Both the position numbers and the translations under genes were made by a program. A stretch of DNA of 63,385 nt, the filler included, from Klebsormidium nitens (lineage: Eukaryota; Plantae; Klebsormidiophyceae), in assembly GCA_000708835.1 (NCBI GenBank). It is 7 parts of 6 records of this genome, joined end to end, with 100 filler letters (N's around TTAATTAATTAA, not from the genome) between each part and the next. Parts side by side here need not be neighbours in the genome. Positions count along the whole stretch, not along the records: positions 1 to 10,905 come from DF238140.1; positions 11,006 to 18,007 come from DF238012.1; 5 more parts are not named here. One strand, 5' to 3'. Position 1 is the stretch's first letter. Each line of letters begins with the position of its first letter. The notes under the pieces were generated by a model. The model saw nothing but the letters and a program-made list of their open reading frames with translations, was not told where the DNA came from and searched no databases. Shown here piece by piece: positions 1 through 12,324 of the stretch.

Positions 1-114
1 GAGCCTACTAGGCTAGAGTGTAGACCTAAGATAGGCCGTGACTCGGAACACTCCATATACATTGTGTGAACTTGATTGATTGAATATCACTTCCAACAAC
101 GCTGTGTTTCAACA
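1..114. repeat. LTR-like segment, inverted relative to the copy at 1370-1465
   Basis: Its reverse complement aligns with 1370-1465 (tatggagtgt.ccgagtcacggcctatct..aggtctacact...gcctagtaggct), with a ~20-nt indel; it reads TGTTG on the minus strand and lies next to a Copia gag remnant. Confidence 0.5.
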
Positions 115-224
115 TAGCTCAACCGAGCCGCTCCCTCTGCCCACAAGATTCCCTTGTCTCCGAACGTGAACTCTCGGCCACTCCCTCCGAACATCTCGAG
201 GGTCTCAAATAGGCTTTTGTCCCC

Positions 225-945
225 GGATTAGGTGTTGGGAGCTACCCACTCGTCGGCAGCTTTCTCCTCAATCACGCTAAAGGCCACTCCCTTCGTTTGC
301 TCCGGTTTGAGCTCTCGCCTCCGGCTTACTGCAATTCCGAGCAATGTGACCAAACTCACTGCAATTGTAGCACTTAGGCCCCTTGCCCCGGCCCTCATCC
401 TTGCCGTGGATTCTCTCCTTGCTCCCTTTCCGCTAAGCTACATAAGCCAAGAGGGAGTCCAACGCACCACCGCCCCTCTTCCTTGGGCAACTGGAATCCT
501 TGCTGATGCACCAAAAGCTTCGGCAGAATCGCATCCACCGAGCTCGAGCCGCCCTCCAAAGCCATTAGGATTGTTTTCATGGTACTGAACGAGCTTGAGA
601 ATCCCGCTAGCACGCTCGAAGCCAGCTCGTCCAGCTTCAGCTCGACACCGGTAGCGGTCAAGCTTCCTAACAAATCCTTTGCCCGAGCCACGTACATGGT
701 CACGGGCTCACCCGACTTCATCTTGGAGGAATGCAGCTCTTACTTGAGCTGCATTTTCCTTGCATTGGACTTGCTGCCAATGTTGTAGGCCGTCTCAAGA
801 AGATCCCAAGCCTCAATCGTTCCCAAATGATGGTCCTCAACATTCAGCTCCATGATGGACTAACGCTTTTGTTGATTGAGATGCGTGCTCCCCGAGATTC
901 ACTCCATTCCACAGATCCTTGGATGTCAACAAGAACTTGATATTG
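225..945 (-). pseudogene. gag: Ty1/Copia gag (UBN2-type) + CCHC zinc knuckle + start of protease, degraded
   Basis: Minus strand reads ...AWDLLETAYNIGSKSNARKMQLK*ELHSSKMKSGEPVTMYVARAKDL..., then KCYNCSEFGHIARNC (331-372) and EWV..SSQHL with the protease LDSG lost. In-frame stops and frameshifts are present. Confidence 0.85.
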
Positions 946-985
946 CGACTCTCCAATTGATGTAGTTGTCTACCCAAGCTTATCT

Positions 986-1023
986 ATGTGGGTTTTAACA
1001 TAGAAAAATGTTAAAACCCACAT
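986..1023. repeat. Perfect 16-bp inverted repeat with 6-nt loop
   Basis: ATGTGGGTTTTAACAT-agaaaa-ATGTTAAAACCCACAT. Confidence 0.9.
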
Positions 1024-1369
1024 TAGAGTTCGCTTTCCCTTCCTCTCTTTCTCGAGACCAAAGGTGGGAAATCTTCTTTTAGGTGTTCCCTGCTTGATCC
1101 CCCTTAGAGGGCTTTCAAATGTCACTTGGCTGAAAGAGCACCCGTGATAAAGCAGATCGCCCCCACCGATGCCTTCTTCGACCTTAAGCTGATTTGCACT
1201 GCATTTTGCCGCTTCTCCTGAGGACGGAACGTGGTTTTCTTCCTTGCGGATTTCGCGTGTTGCCTACTCAATGGCTACAAGTGACAGAAATCGCTTCTTT
1301 ACCAACGTCGTCGCGACACGGAGAGCTTACTTGATCGATCCTTCCTCCCTAGCGCCGTGGTCCCATACT

Positions 1370-1465
1370 TGTTCAAACACAACGTTGTTAGAAGTGATGT
1401 CTACTTAATATGGAGTGTCCCGAGTCACGGCCTATCTCTAGGTCTACACTTTGGCCTAGTAGGCT
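1370..1465. repeat. Second copy of the LTR-like segment, inverted relative to 1-114
   Basis: Direct alignment to the reverse complement of 1-114. Confidence 0.55.
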
Positions 1466-2407
1466 TTGTGGACCGTCATCTAGTAAGTCCGAAATTTCAC
1501 TCTATACCGTACATCAACGGCTATTATCGAACCTACACAATATCGACGGTTATCGCCAAATCATTCGGGTGTAGCGTTTTAATCCGCGTGTCGACGTCGT
1601 GATCCTAAAACCTTTTGAATCACCCAGAGATGCGGTTTCGAAATGCCCGTATCTCAACAAGCTCTACGAGTTCTCACAACAAAGTGAAATGGAGCGGTTG
1701 GTGTCTCTGGTGCCATGGTCGGAAGAAGGATGGCTTAGCTTTCAACCGCTCCTGTCCCAGAGAGCAACTTGGTGCAATTTTTGTCTACCAATCTGGCAGC
1801 GGTCCAGAGACTGCTCACACATCTACCCACTTGCTGTGGCAGTGAGAACGCGAGGCACCTATTCCATCATGAAACCCAAGGTTGCAGAAATGATCCTACG
1901 CAAGGACAAAAGAAAGACGTACAACCCTTCGATAAGTGTCAGCTCTCACAACACCGAGTACTTTTCGGGAGTAGCAGTTCTGGTTGAACAAAACAACTAG
2001 CTATGGAGCAGGTTGCGCAGTCTTCCCTGCAGCTGCGTTCCGGGTCCCGCCCGTCGCACCGTCCTCAATGATTGCAATGCTCCACTCGTGCTGAGCGCGG
2101 TGTTTGCCTCCGCAAACCCCCAAGCGCACCCACAACACCACATCCACCAACAGCAACACGACGGGTTTGCGGTGGTGAGGCTGCAAAGTGTCACACCACC
2201 AAGGTGAGCAGACACCAAGTTCCGGCAACCCGACGTCAAAAATCATACCGATACGAAAACGCAAGCAGCAGATCACAAGATGTTGCGTCTCTTTGCGCCA
2301 TATGCCGATCGACGCACAACATGGCACATGTTGAGGCCACAGCCAGCAGCAAAGAGGACTGGTGAACAAACCCAAGTAGGAACGCCTGTCCGGGTGTCAG
2401 AGTGCTC

Positions 2408-2866
2408 TTACCTGGGGGTCTTGCGGGAGAGTTGATAGCCCTTGGCCGCCGTCAGGATGTGCGCTTGCAAGGATGCCCGCTCTTGATACTCCAGCTTGGT
2501 GTGCTCGTCTAGCACCTTTGGAGCTGCCAGCTCCTTGATGTCCCCGGCGCGCACGCCCTCCACCTTCATTTTTAGAATCGCCTTCGCCGCCTCCACATCA
2601 GGCTGAACCGCCGCAACCAGCGCATCAGGCATCGCAAACAACTGCTGGCGCCTGGCTGCCGAGAGGAATGTCTTGCATGCATCCACCACAAGGCCCTCGT
2701 GATAGGCGTTTGTGTTTAGCCCGCACACATTGCGGATGGGCCGCCATGCAGACGGAGAACGCGGTCGTCCCGAGAGTGGGGGAGGGGCGCTTGTCGTAGA
2801 CCTGGCGAGGCTCGTCAAGCTTATGGTGAAGTTTGAAGGAGCGTAGAGAAGGGCGCTAGCCACCAC
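2408..2866 (-). pseudogene. Coding-like remnant of unknown family
   Basis: 152-aa ORF with a protein-like C-terminal half; upstream reading frames are interrupted; no motif recognised. Confidence 0.25.
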
Positions 2867-5800
2867 GCAGAGGAACTGGATCAGCGAACGGTCGTGGGCG
2901 GCCCGGGTGGCAGGATGAGCAGTGTACTCTGCACCATCGCCTCCGGCGCTTTTTTGGAGAAGAGTCCGAGGTTGTGCACGTTCTTCGCAAGGAGCCGGAA
3001 CGCGTTCGCGACCGTGGCGAGATCCTAAAGCAGGGAGTCGCTCAGGGGACCCGTGGAAGTGGGGAGGTCGTTACGAGCAACTCGATGACGTCAGTCGACA
3101 GGGTGACTGTCGCCAGCTTGGCGCCGGAGATTCTGGAGGAGCGCGCTTGGGCCATCCGGGCTGATGCGTAGGCGGAGATGATGACAGCAACCAAAATGGC
3201 GACGCCTCTCAAAACGTGACAAACCGAAGCGCCGCAAACACAACCGCCAGTAGGTTCAGCGCCAGTGACACGAAGAGAGAGATGAGCGCTCGCTGGAAGA
3301 GCCACATAGCGCAGCCGACTGCTTCTGGCGCAAGGATGTCATTGTTGTGCTACGCATCGCTAGACTTGGCCGCGCGAATGAGAAGGAACCGGGCGAGCAA
3401 GAAGGTGGCCAAGAGGCACACCATGGCGGAGAGAAAGAAGCAAGTACTGGCACGAAACACGGAACATGGTCGCAATGGTATCGCTGGCGCCCTTCGCCGA
3501 GGGCTTCTTCCACCGTTTGCCCTGAGAATGGCTGATGATGTCCAGCTCTAACCCACAAGGGCTGGAAAGTGGAGGTAGCGATCAAACCAGCCACAAGTGC
3601 AACCATTCTCAGCATCTGGACCACAGCGGAGGCCATTCCTCGACGAATTGTCACCGACCGGACCCGAAGTGGTGCTTCGCCGCTGAGAGGGCCTTATAGT
3701 AGTTCTTTCCACTCCAGTCGCAGCAAAGGTCTTTCATGGGCAAGCACCACGTCAGGCTAGAGCGCGCCATACTGCCACAACGCAAACAGATAGCTGAAAG
3801 GACAAGCTAAACGGTGAACAATGAATAAAGCCGCAAAGCGCCACAATTGGAACTTCGACTTCTCCCTTGCAAATCTGCATCCGGCTGACTCCTAAGGGCC
3901 TCTGAACACTGTGCAGTCCTATCTGTCGTGTGTTGCACGGTCTCAGTCTCTTCCCCAAGCTTCAATCAGTGTTGCACATTTGTCATTTGCAACTCGATTG
4001 ATACTACCAAGCACTGTGAACTGTGGTCTTGGTGCTTTGCTGTCCTCCAGTTGGACGTGACTTTGGCTACACACACCCACATCTGGGGAGGAGAATGAGC
4101 TTTGCACAAGTTGACTTCACTACCACAACTTGGTGGGGCCGGCTTGCATGGTATATAGCTTCGAAATCAGATCCAGCACAATTGTGCACAGTGGCCGCGC
4201 ACTGCAGCAATGGCTGCCTACCGCTTGCTTGGCCCCCCCTTGCTTTGAAGAGCACAATCCCCACTGCAGCACGCATACACGCAAGCAGCAATGAGGTGGT
4301 GGTCTGAGCAAGGACGGAGATGCACCAAGTTCTCATGCATTGCAACCTCTTCCACCTGGCGCTTTCCATGGCGTGCAGGAGCCCCTTCCTGCCAGGTGCG
4401 TCCGGTACACACTGCTGTCCTGATCTTGGTCTGCTCAACAGAGTCGGAAAGGCACTGCAGAAGCTGCTCAGATTGCAAACTGTATTCTGCTAAGAGTTGT
4501 GGTCTGTTAAGGTTCGCCACATTCCTGAAAGAAAGTATTGTAGGTGAAATTGGACAAATACTTTCCGTCTTACGATCCCCATTTGACGTTGGGCAATTCA
4601 GCTGGTCGAAGCATTTTGATATTGACTTCTCTAGGATTAGTGTACATATTGATCAATGTTCATAGCAACTGAGCTGTGTGAATTTGTGGGACTCTGACGG
4701 GGTGAATGCCTTAGGCCGCCAGTGAGTATCAACTCACTTGTTGCAGTGTTTGTCCTGCTTCGGGGCCTGACAAAGTCGTAGAGCTGCCCCTGGGCCTATT
4801 GCGAACCGTGATCCCCACTGTTTGCCCCATTAGAGTGCTCTGACCGATCAAGTGGAGTTTCACAAGGTGCGCGTATCGCACGCAACACTTATTATTGGGC
4901 CTCTTGTGGTACAAACAACTAATTCCAACCCTTTTTCAAAAAGTACTTGTGGACCCCTTTGGGCGCCCCATGCGATTGGCTATCTCTGGAAATCCTGATT
5001 GAATTAATGTCCTTACGGGAGCGCTTTGGCCACAATCAAGTACTCCTTGATCTGATCCAATACTCCGTTGGTGAATATTTGCAAATCTGGATATGTAGCA
5101 CAGAGCCTTTGCGTCTTGCTTTCCGCCCATTGCTTCCTACCCACCTTTCATCCGCTCTTTCCTTTGCGCGTTTTTCGTGAGCAACTTGAGGGCATGGAAG
5201 GCTGCTGAGATGGACACTGGTCAACTTTCCAATCTAGCGGCTTGTCATCTGCGCGTTGCTTTGGGCCAAATTTCTAGCAAGCTCTGAACCCTCTTGTCTC
5301 TAAGTTGCCAGTTCATCTGTATGGGAGTCAACCCGAGCTTCTCCCTCCTTTCTGGGCGATGGCGTTGACATCTTCAACAGTCGACCTGGCGTGTGATCTG
5401 ATCCATCTTCATTTCGTCAGTTGCCACCATTTCTTTTTTGAGCCTTTTTGAGCTTTGAGGTATGGTGGGTTTGGAAGTAGGTTACATCTTTCGGTTGTAT
5501 ATGTTTTGTTTTTGGCTACTCCAAGACGTATTCTCACAATAATCACAAGACTCGTCACTTTTTGGTTATGCTTTTGTTGTGCCTGAAAGTAGGACAACCG
5601 ACAGCAACTTCGGCCATGTATTCTATAAGAGAAGGCCCGTATGCAATCTCAGGTTTAGAATTCTCTCCAAGTCTTCCATCACCAACACAGGGGTGGAAAG
5701 GAGAAAGAGCGATCCCATTCAGGGATTTTAGCAACACAATAATCATTGCGCCAAGCAGTTTGTACTGCCCTGGCGTTAACAATGCTCTTCCAAAACGCTC

Positions 5801-6214
5801 TTCCAAAAGGTTGATTCCCTTGAGCAACAGAACTTCGTGCAGTCTGCAAAATTTGCATAGAAAGACTGTCCTGATTGCTAGGTGCCAATTCGAGAAAGGA
5901 AGATACGACTTCAGGACGGCCTTCTAAACGTTTGTCTCTGAACACCGTACTTTGAAACCCAGGTCGAGGCAAAAGTCTAATCCCTGCCTAGCTACAGCCG
6001 TAAATCAACCATCGCAAGAAGCATTTCCAAGCTCCTTGACTTGATTAGTCTGAATGTCGGCAGGAACTGATCCCCCCAAAAGCGCCTGCAAGTCTACTTG
6101 ATGGTACGTTTCACTTCGCGTTTTGACCAGCTATTTGATGCTGGGTCTCTAATCCCGTCTGTTCTTCTTGTACCCACAGAATGAAGCACGGGTTTCAAAC
6201 TCGGATCACACGCA

Positions 6215-6631
6215 TTAGTCGTCCCTGAATGATGTATGCGCTTCAAACTTGTCTTTAGAATTGACCTTGAGTCCGTTCTCCGAATTTAAAGCTTGACCCA
6301 ATAGAGAAGTCTGACCGATGGGCTCCTCTTCTCCACTGACATCGTCCTGATGCGCAATTTCCTGATCTTGCTTGACAAAATCTGCGGAAAATGCAGATTT
6401 CAAGTCAAGCAGATCAGGCAACTCTTTATCTCCAATCTGATCATTCGTATCAGATGCACTGTCCGACCTTGACAGCAAACCAGAAATTTCGTCCTTCTGC
6501 GGCTCCTTACTTGAAGAATCTAACTGACGTCCTGCCCAGGGCGTCCCGCTTCCAAGATTCTTCTGGCCCACTGGCAACTTCTGACTATTTTTCTCACTAA
6601 CCGGCCTTGACACTGACTCCTTAGGCATCAT
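6215..6631 (-). CDS. Low-complexity S/D/E/K-rich ORF or exon of unknown function
   Basis: 138-aa open frame with disordered-protein composition; no domain recognised. Confidence 0.25.
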   Translation of the reverse strand: MMPKESVSRPVSEKNSQKLPVGQKNLGSGTPWAGRQLDSSSKEPQKDEISGLLSRSDSASDTNDQIGDKELPDLLDLKSAFSADFVKQDQEIAHQDDVSGEEEPIGQTSLLGQALNSENGLKVNSKDKFEAHTSFRDD

Positions 6632-9600
6632 AAACTCAAGTGTGCCTAAAAAATAGGATCTCCATTGGACAAATCCTCAAACTCTGAGGAATCTCAGCAT
6701 CCAAATTGTCGTTTACTTATGGAATCATGCGCAGATTGCGTTGCGTTCAACACTCCCTTAGCCATGTTTCTGTCTTTTTCAATCTGCAGTCTTTCATATA
6801 CATGGCGGCTTGACTCCCCCCTCCGTGCGTAAACCCCGACCGGATTTTGCGCGCACACATGATTGTACGAAATAAAGTCAAATAGGGTACTAAACGACTC
6901 TCAACCAACTTTGAAAGTCAGTCTAACATTCAAAACAACCGAAAGAACAACTTTCCTGACACTGTTCCAGATCTGATCAGGAATGCACGAAAACAACATG
7001 TTTAGAGCATGCTGCCGCGCTGACCGCATGACGCCGTTGCAACGCCATCCCTTGATTGGTTGAATCTACATACAGACCGACTGTACTAATCCTTATCTCA
7101 GTACTTACTATTGAATAAGCTCGCAAACAAAATGCAAAAGTCCCGTAATAAAAATCTTGAGATCTAAAAATCCGAACGACTACACTGTCTTTACGCAACG
7201 TTTAAGCAGCTCGAACGGTGTCAGAAGCTAACGTCAAGCTAGATTTGGGTCTATAGGGGTCGTATGAACTTGCAACCAGCCTTTCATCAATGATTTTCAA
7301 CCAGAGACGTGAGAATTGTAGTGTCTTTGTCTTGTACACTACCAATACTGCATTCTTCTAAGCATGAACACAATATCTTGAAGCGTGGCGCAACTCGTAC
7401 AAGCGGCGTCTCTTTATAAACCCTACTCGGTGGACCTACCCCATGTGTGCATCAGCTGTTCGCAGTCTTTTGACCACTCTCATCATCAAAATAATGCTTG
7501 AAATATGCATAACAAGTTGAACCTGACTGAGGGTAACTATTTGGACTTCTCTCAGGAGACAACTGCCTGGCGCGCGTATTGCATTTTTACCAAACAGTCC
7601 TGCAGCCACATTAGCATCTCATGGTTGCTGAAGTGGACCCCTGATCACTGAGAACGTTGCGTAGCCATTAGCAAAGACGCAAAATCCTACAGCTCAAACA
7701 ACTCTCCATACTAGTCAAAGATATCTTTTCAAAACAATCAGGCAAAATTGGGATAAGGCAGAAGCACACCTGGCGCTGCGGTGGTTGACTGAAAGGCGCG
7801 GCCCGCTGAGATGCCTGTCGGCTGCGACCGGTTGCCACCCAAGTCTGCCAATTGTTGTTGCGCACCACGCGGCAACCACTGCCAGGAAAAAGAAAATCCA
7901 TCTTTGAGCATGGGGGCATGGCGCTTGTAAACTCATGGGGTATATGCAGCTTTTTCTCTTTTCCTCAGACCGCCTTGCCATACTGACGAGACCTCAAGCC
8001 ACGCACGGTGATGCAAGGGCGAGACTAGCTAACCTGCGGGTTAGCCGGTCACGTCGGCCCACCAATGCAATCCCCATCCTCACTCAACCACTCGAAAGCA
8101 CTCCATGCACAACATTATTGCCCCCCCTTGGAACTCTATCACCGCCAGGGGCCCAAGCTCTAGAGGATGGTCCTTGTCAAATTTCAAAGCTTGTCAATTG
8201 CTGAAGTTACATGGCTAGTTAGAAGGAAGAGCATGGGGCCACGCGGCATTGCCCGAGAAGTGCCAAGTCATGATCTTTCCCCATGCAGGCGGACATTTCC
8301 GAATTTATTTATGACATGTCTTGACCCAAATCATAAATACTTCACCAACATTTTACACTGACAACAACCATAGGTTTACCCTGTAGTGTGTGCCTGGTTA
8401 TGCTTCCATCAACGTCAGAGTGACCTAACCGGGTGTCTAAAACCCTCCATATCTTACAAAGACCCAGGACAACTGATTAACCAAAATCCTCGTAATTCTA
8501 AACATACATGGAAATTAAATCACTCAATCTTCAAGAAGCCTTGCAAGCATGCATGCCCAACTGGGCCCAATGAATTCAAATCAAAGCCGTGTGCTATTAG
8601 ACCAAAATTGGTTGACAAGGATTTGAAAGTTCTCACCTTACGTCACGCACCGCGAGGCCCTCCGAACAACGCAACAAATATTGTAAACGTGGAGTTGATA
8701 CTTATCTAAAATCCCGCTCTCGTCCAAAGAGGAACTCAATTCCCGCCAGTTCGTTTTACATGTATACGGGGGCGAAAGGCGAGATCGCCTTTGGCTCCGC
8801 TGAATGTGAATAACGGGAGGTCGAATATTGCATACGAAGGACGAGAGAATTGCACGAGTCACTGTAGGGCGGATGTGTGTGAAGAAGGAAGTAGGCTTAT
8901 ACTCGCGCTTATGAGGTTTTCTCGTGGTTGCTTCAAGTCGCCTCGAAGTTCGCCACATTTGAAAGGAGGACGGATCAACCAACTTGAGTCCTTTTATACC
9001 TGCCAATGACTCTGTTTGCCTACGCAATAGTGGTTCAACTCTGTCGTCCGTTCTTGTATCAAGTCGATAATTCCCATATCAAAACTAGAGCCTATATGCA
9101 TCGAAACTATCTACGGTATTGCCAAGTGGCAACCTCTGCGATGAAGTCGCTAATTATATGTGTCATGTGGTCCCGTCGACTAACGTGGCTACGTCGCGAG
9201 GCAAGCAGCCTCGTGTGGTAAGGCGAGTGCACACTGATTGGCTAGTCGCGTATCCATGCATTAAAGTATGATTGGTTGGCTAGATTTGGTGATGTCCTAG
9301 CAACGGTCGTGATTCCATCATTATCATTGAGCGAACAGGTACCGGGGATTGGCGGTTGCGTACCATTGCGTACCGTCTTGGGTAGGATTCAATCGGAGTC
9401 CGACCTTCTAAATACCCATGTTGGCCCTCAAGTTATATCGTACAATGATGCAGTGGCCGCGCGTCGGCACAAGTCGAAGTCGCGTCGCGCCGTCAATCCG
9501 TATTGCCGCGCAACATGCCGCGGCTCCGGCTATTCGTGGCTCCAATTAAACCGAGATTGACCGTTCTAACCGTGCGTTAGTTATGATTGTTGCAATACAA

Positions 9601-9639
9601 CCACTTAAAACAATCTCGCTTATTGCAGAACGTCGCATG

Positions 9640-10287
9640 AGCAGCTATACCATCGAGACCGCTCGTCATGACATAATTTTCAACGAGGTTTGGCACGTCC
9701 CCGGAGCGAGAGCAAACTTGTTCGCAATGCTGCGAGCACTGGGCGCGGGTGCAAGGATCTCCTTTGAGGGGGGGATTGCCCGATTCGAGATGGGAAGCGT
9801 GGTGAGGATGGAGGCGGTGCAACGCGGCGAATTGTGGGAAATAGCAACGGTTAAGAAAACAAGAGCGTTCTTGGCGGTCAAGTGGCCGGTCAAGACGGAG
9901 CGTCGGTTGGGGAAGGTGGCACCGAAGCCGGAAGTGAGAGTGGAGAAGAAGCAAGCGGAGGTGAGGCCGGTCAAGGTTATTGTGGTTGACCTTGAGTCGG
10001 ACGATGAGTCGGACGACGGGGTGAGAGAGAGCCAACGGGTGGATGTAAGCGTCGGGGAAACGGAGTCACCAACAAGGAAGACAGAGAAGCACGGCGCAAC
10101 GGAAGCCGTGGGAGCAACCGCAGCGGAAGGCGTGGGAGCACGAATGAAACGGAAGTTGAACAAGGTTGAAAGCGAAAAGATGATGTCGCCGGAGACGGGC
10201 AACAAATTGTATCCGGAAAGGGCACGTGCGGCACCGAAAAAGTTATGGGAAAGTGAGACAGGTTGTGCAACACCAAAATCAAAATAG
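9640..10287 (+). pseudogene. Ty1/Copia pol fragment (post-protease, pre-integrase region) running into low-complexity sequence
   Basis: DIIFNEVWHVPGARANLFAMLRALGAGARISFEGG...GELWEI resembles the Copia L.DVL.VP.L..NL.S motif; no integrase or RT follows. Confidence 0.6.
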
Positions 10288-10419
10288 CGAGCGGGTAGAA
10301 GTGGCAAAAGTGAGTGGGACAATTTGTCCGCATGTGAGTGTCGAGATTAAGGTTGGTTGACGGCCAAATTGTGGACATGAAGGACACAGAGAATATTCAC
10401 TTGAAAGATGATGATGAAT

Positions 10420-10640
10420 GAGAGCGAGGGCTTGACACATTAAGATGAAAGAAATTGAAGACTTGGTAGATTAAGAGAGACGGGATTGGGGGCTTGAGAG
10501 ATGAAGTCGAAAAGAATTAAGGGCTTGATAGATGAAGATAAGAGGAGTTGGGTGCTTGGTCGATTAATTTAAAAGAGGTTGAATGCTTGATGAATTAAGA
10601 TGAAAGGGATTGTGTGCTTGGCAAATTAAGACTGCTAGAA
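10420..10640. repeat. Degenerate purine-rich tandem repeats (GGGCTTGA...TTAAGATGAAAG)
   Basis: Recurring gggcttga/gtgcttg and ttaagatgaaag units, about 5 copies. Confidence 0.5.
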
Positions 10641-10814
10641 TCCGGTGATTATGGTCAGCCGGATTACTCCGTGGTTAGGTTTCGGACCGAGTTAGGGTTT
10701 GAACTAGTGAGCGCCGGCGTGCGTGCACAGCGGTTAGGCGGTTAACCTTGGAGGTTAGGCGGTTGAGAGGGCCGCCGATATGGAGCCGTAGATGAGGATA
10801 TCGATGGCTATGAT

Positions 10815-10900
10815 TGAGTGTGAGTGTGATCTAGGCTAGTGAGCCTAGTGGTGTGTGACTTAGGCTGTGAGCCTAGTAGGCTAGTGAGCCAAGTGGAACG
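10815..10900. repeat. LTR-like segment related to position 1-30
   Basis: gagcctagtaggctag recurs here and matches gagcctactaggctag at position 1. Confidence 0.4.
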
Positions 10901-10905
10901 GAAGA

Positions 10906-11005
10906 NNNNNNNNNNNNNNNNNNNNNNNNNNNNNNNNNNNNNNNNNNNNTTAATTAATTAANNNNNNNNNNNNNNNNNNNNNNNNNNNNNNNNNNNNNNN
11001 NNNNN
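10906..11005. other. Artificial contig linker (N + TTAATTAATTAA six-frame stop + N, 100 bp)
   Basis: Identical 100-bp structure also at 18008-18107, 24349-24448, 38716-38815, 43252-43351 and 54751-54850. Confidence 0.95.
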
Positions 11006-12324
11006 AGAGTCTGTATTTTTACGATGTTTTTGTGTGTCATCATACTGCAAGCGAAAGAGTGGGCCTGAAAGGCAGCGGGCCAACCTAGAGTAGCTGAGGC
11101 ATTTTGGCTGCAAGCGCAATTGCAAGAGAGCAGGCTAGCAATTGGAATGGCAGCTGCGTGGGATAGAGAAGCACGAAAGGTGAAGAGAGTTATACGGGAA
11201 CTGCGATGAGAGGTGGATTGTGGAGAGGCAGCTTGCTGAATGTGTTGGCACAGTAACGCAAGGAGGACAGATTTCACAGAAAGCTCAAGCGGGGCCGCAG
11301 TAAATTAGAGGAGGCGGCGCAGACTTGCGGCGGAAAGAAGTGAGGATTCTTATTTTCTTTTTCAGTGACTTGCAAGGCAAATTGAGAGTTGAATGAATCT
11401 GCATCAGAAACATGGGCAAGGTGCATCCGACTCTTGACAGAGCGGGGACAGAGCAATCAGATTACACCTAACTGTAACAAGTAGAGTCTAATTTTCTGTG
11501 TCTGCCGTATTGGTCCAAGTCGCCACAAAAACGCTGACAGGGAAGGTGTTCTTGGCGAGGAGACATCAGTTGAAAGTTGCCGCCCCCTGCCGCGTGTCCT
11601 TGGCCACGTCCTTTCTGGGAGAGAGACGCTATTGCAGGTCCATGCCCCCGATGCGGATTCCTTTGGAGCATAGTTTGAGATTTCTTTAAAGGGCTGGGTT
11701 TGAACATGATGTCACACTGATCTTTTGAGATGCGGGAGGGGGGAAACCTTCGTTTTGTCAGTGGTGTTTACTGGAGACTCTTCTTTCTGCCTCTCTTTTG
11801 CGCTCTATCAGCTTGGCGACTCATGATTACATCCACTGTATGCATTCATTATCTCTGGCCTTGCAAAGCCTTCCTTGCGAGTTCTCGCAAGTTTGTCCGA
11901 GGTCATCTCGCCTCAGGGGTCAAAACTTCCACCAACTCCGCCATTGATGGGGGTTAAGCATATGCGCTGTCTCTGGGCTCTTAGAAGGAGCCACCATGTT
12001 TAAAATTGATGGGGTCACCTAGAGAAGCACAACCCCCTGTCTGGTTCAGTGAGGATTGCTTTTGCATTGCGCTTCGCTGCAGGTTTGGCTGCGTCAGATT
12101 AGAGTTTTACGAGTTGTGACGCTCTTCAGCCCGGTCAGCATCAGCGTCGGTTAAGGAATTGCTATTATCTAGAGCAATTCAAAGTCTTTCTAAGCGCCAG
12201 CATCAGAGTTCGTCAGACTTCCGTTAGACCTCGCTGAATCGCTAGTCAATTTGCTTTTTTTTACAGGTCCTGTCCCAATTGCAATTGCAGTGGTTGTGTT
12301 TTCGGCAATCCTCAAGCAGTGAAA

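Noticed and set aside
4000-9500. Scattered short ORFs, possibly a decayed DNA-transposon or host gene
   Set aside because: No motif or consistent exon chain could be established by eye.
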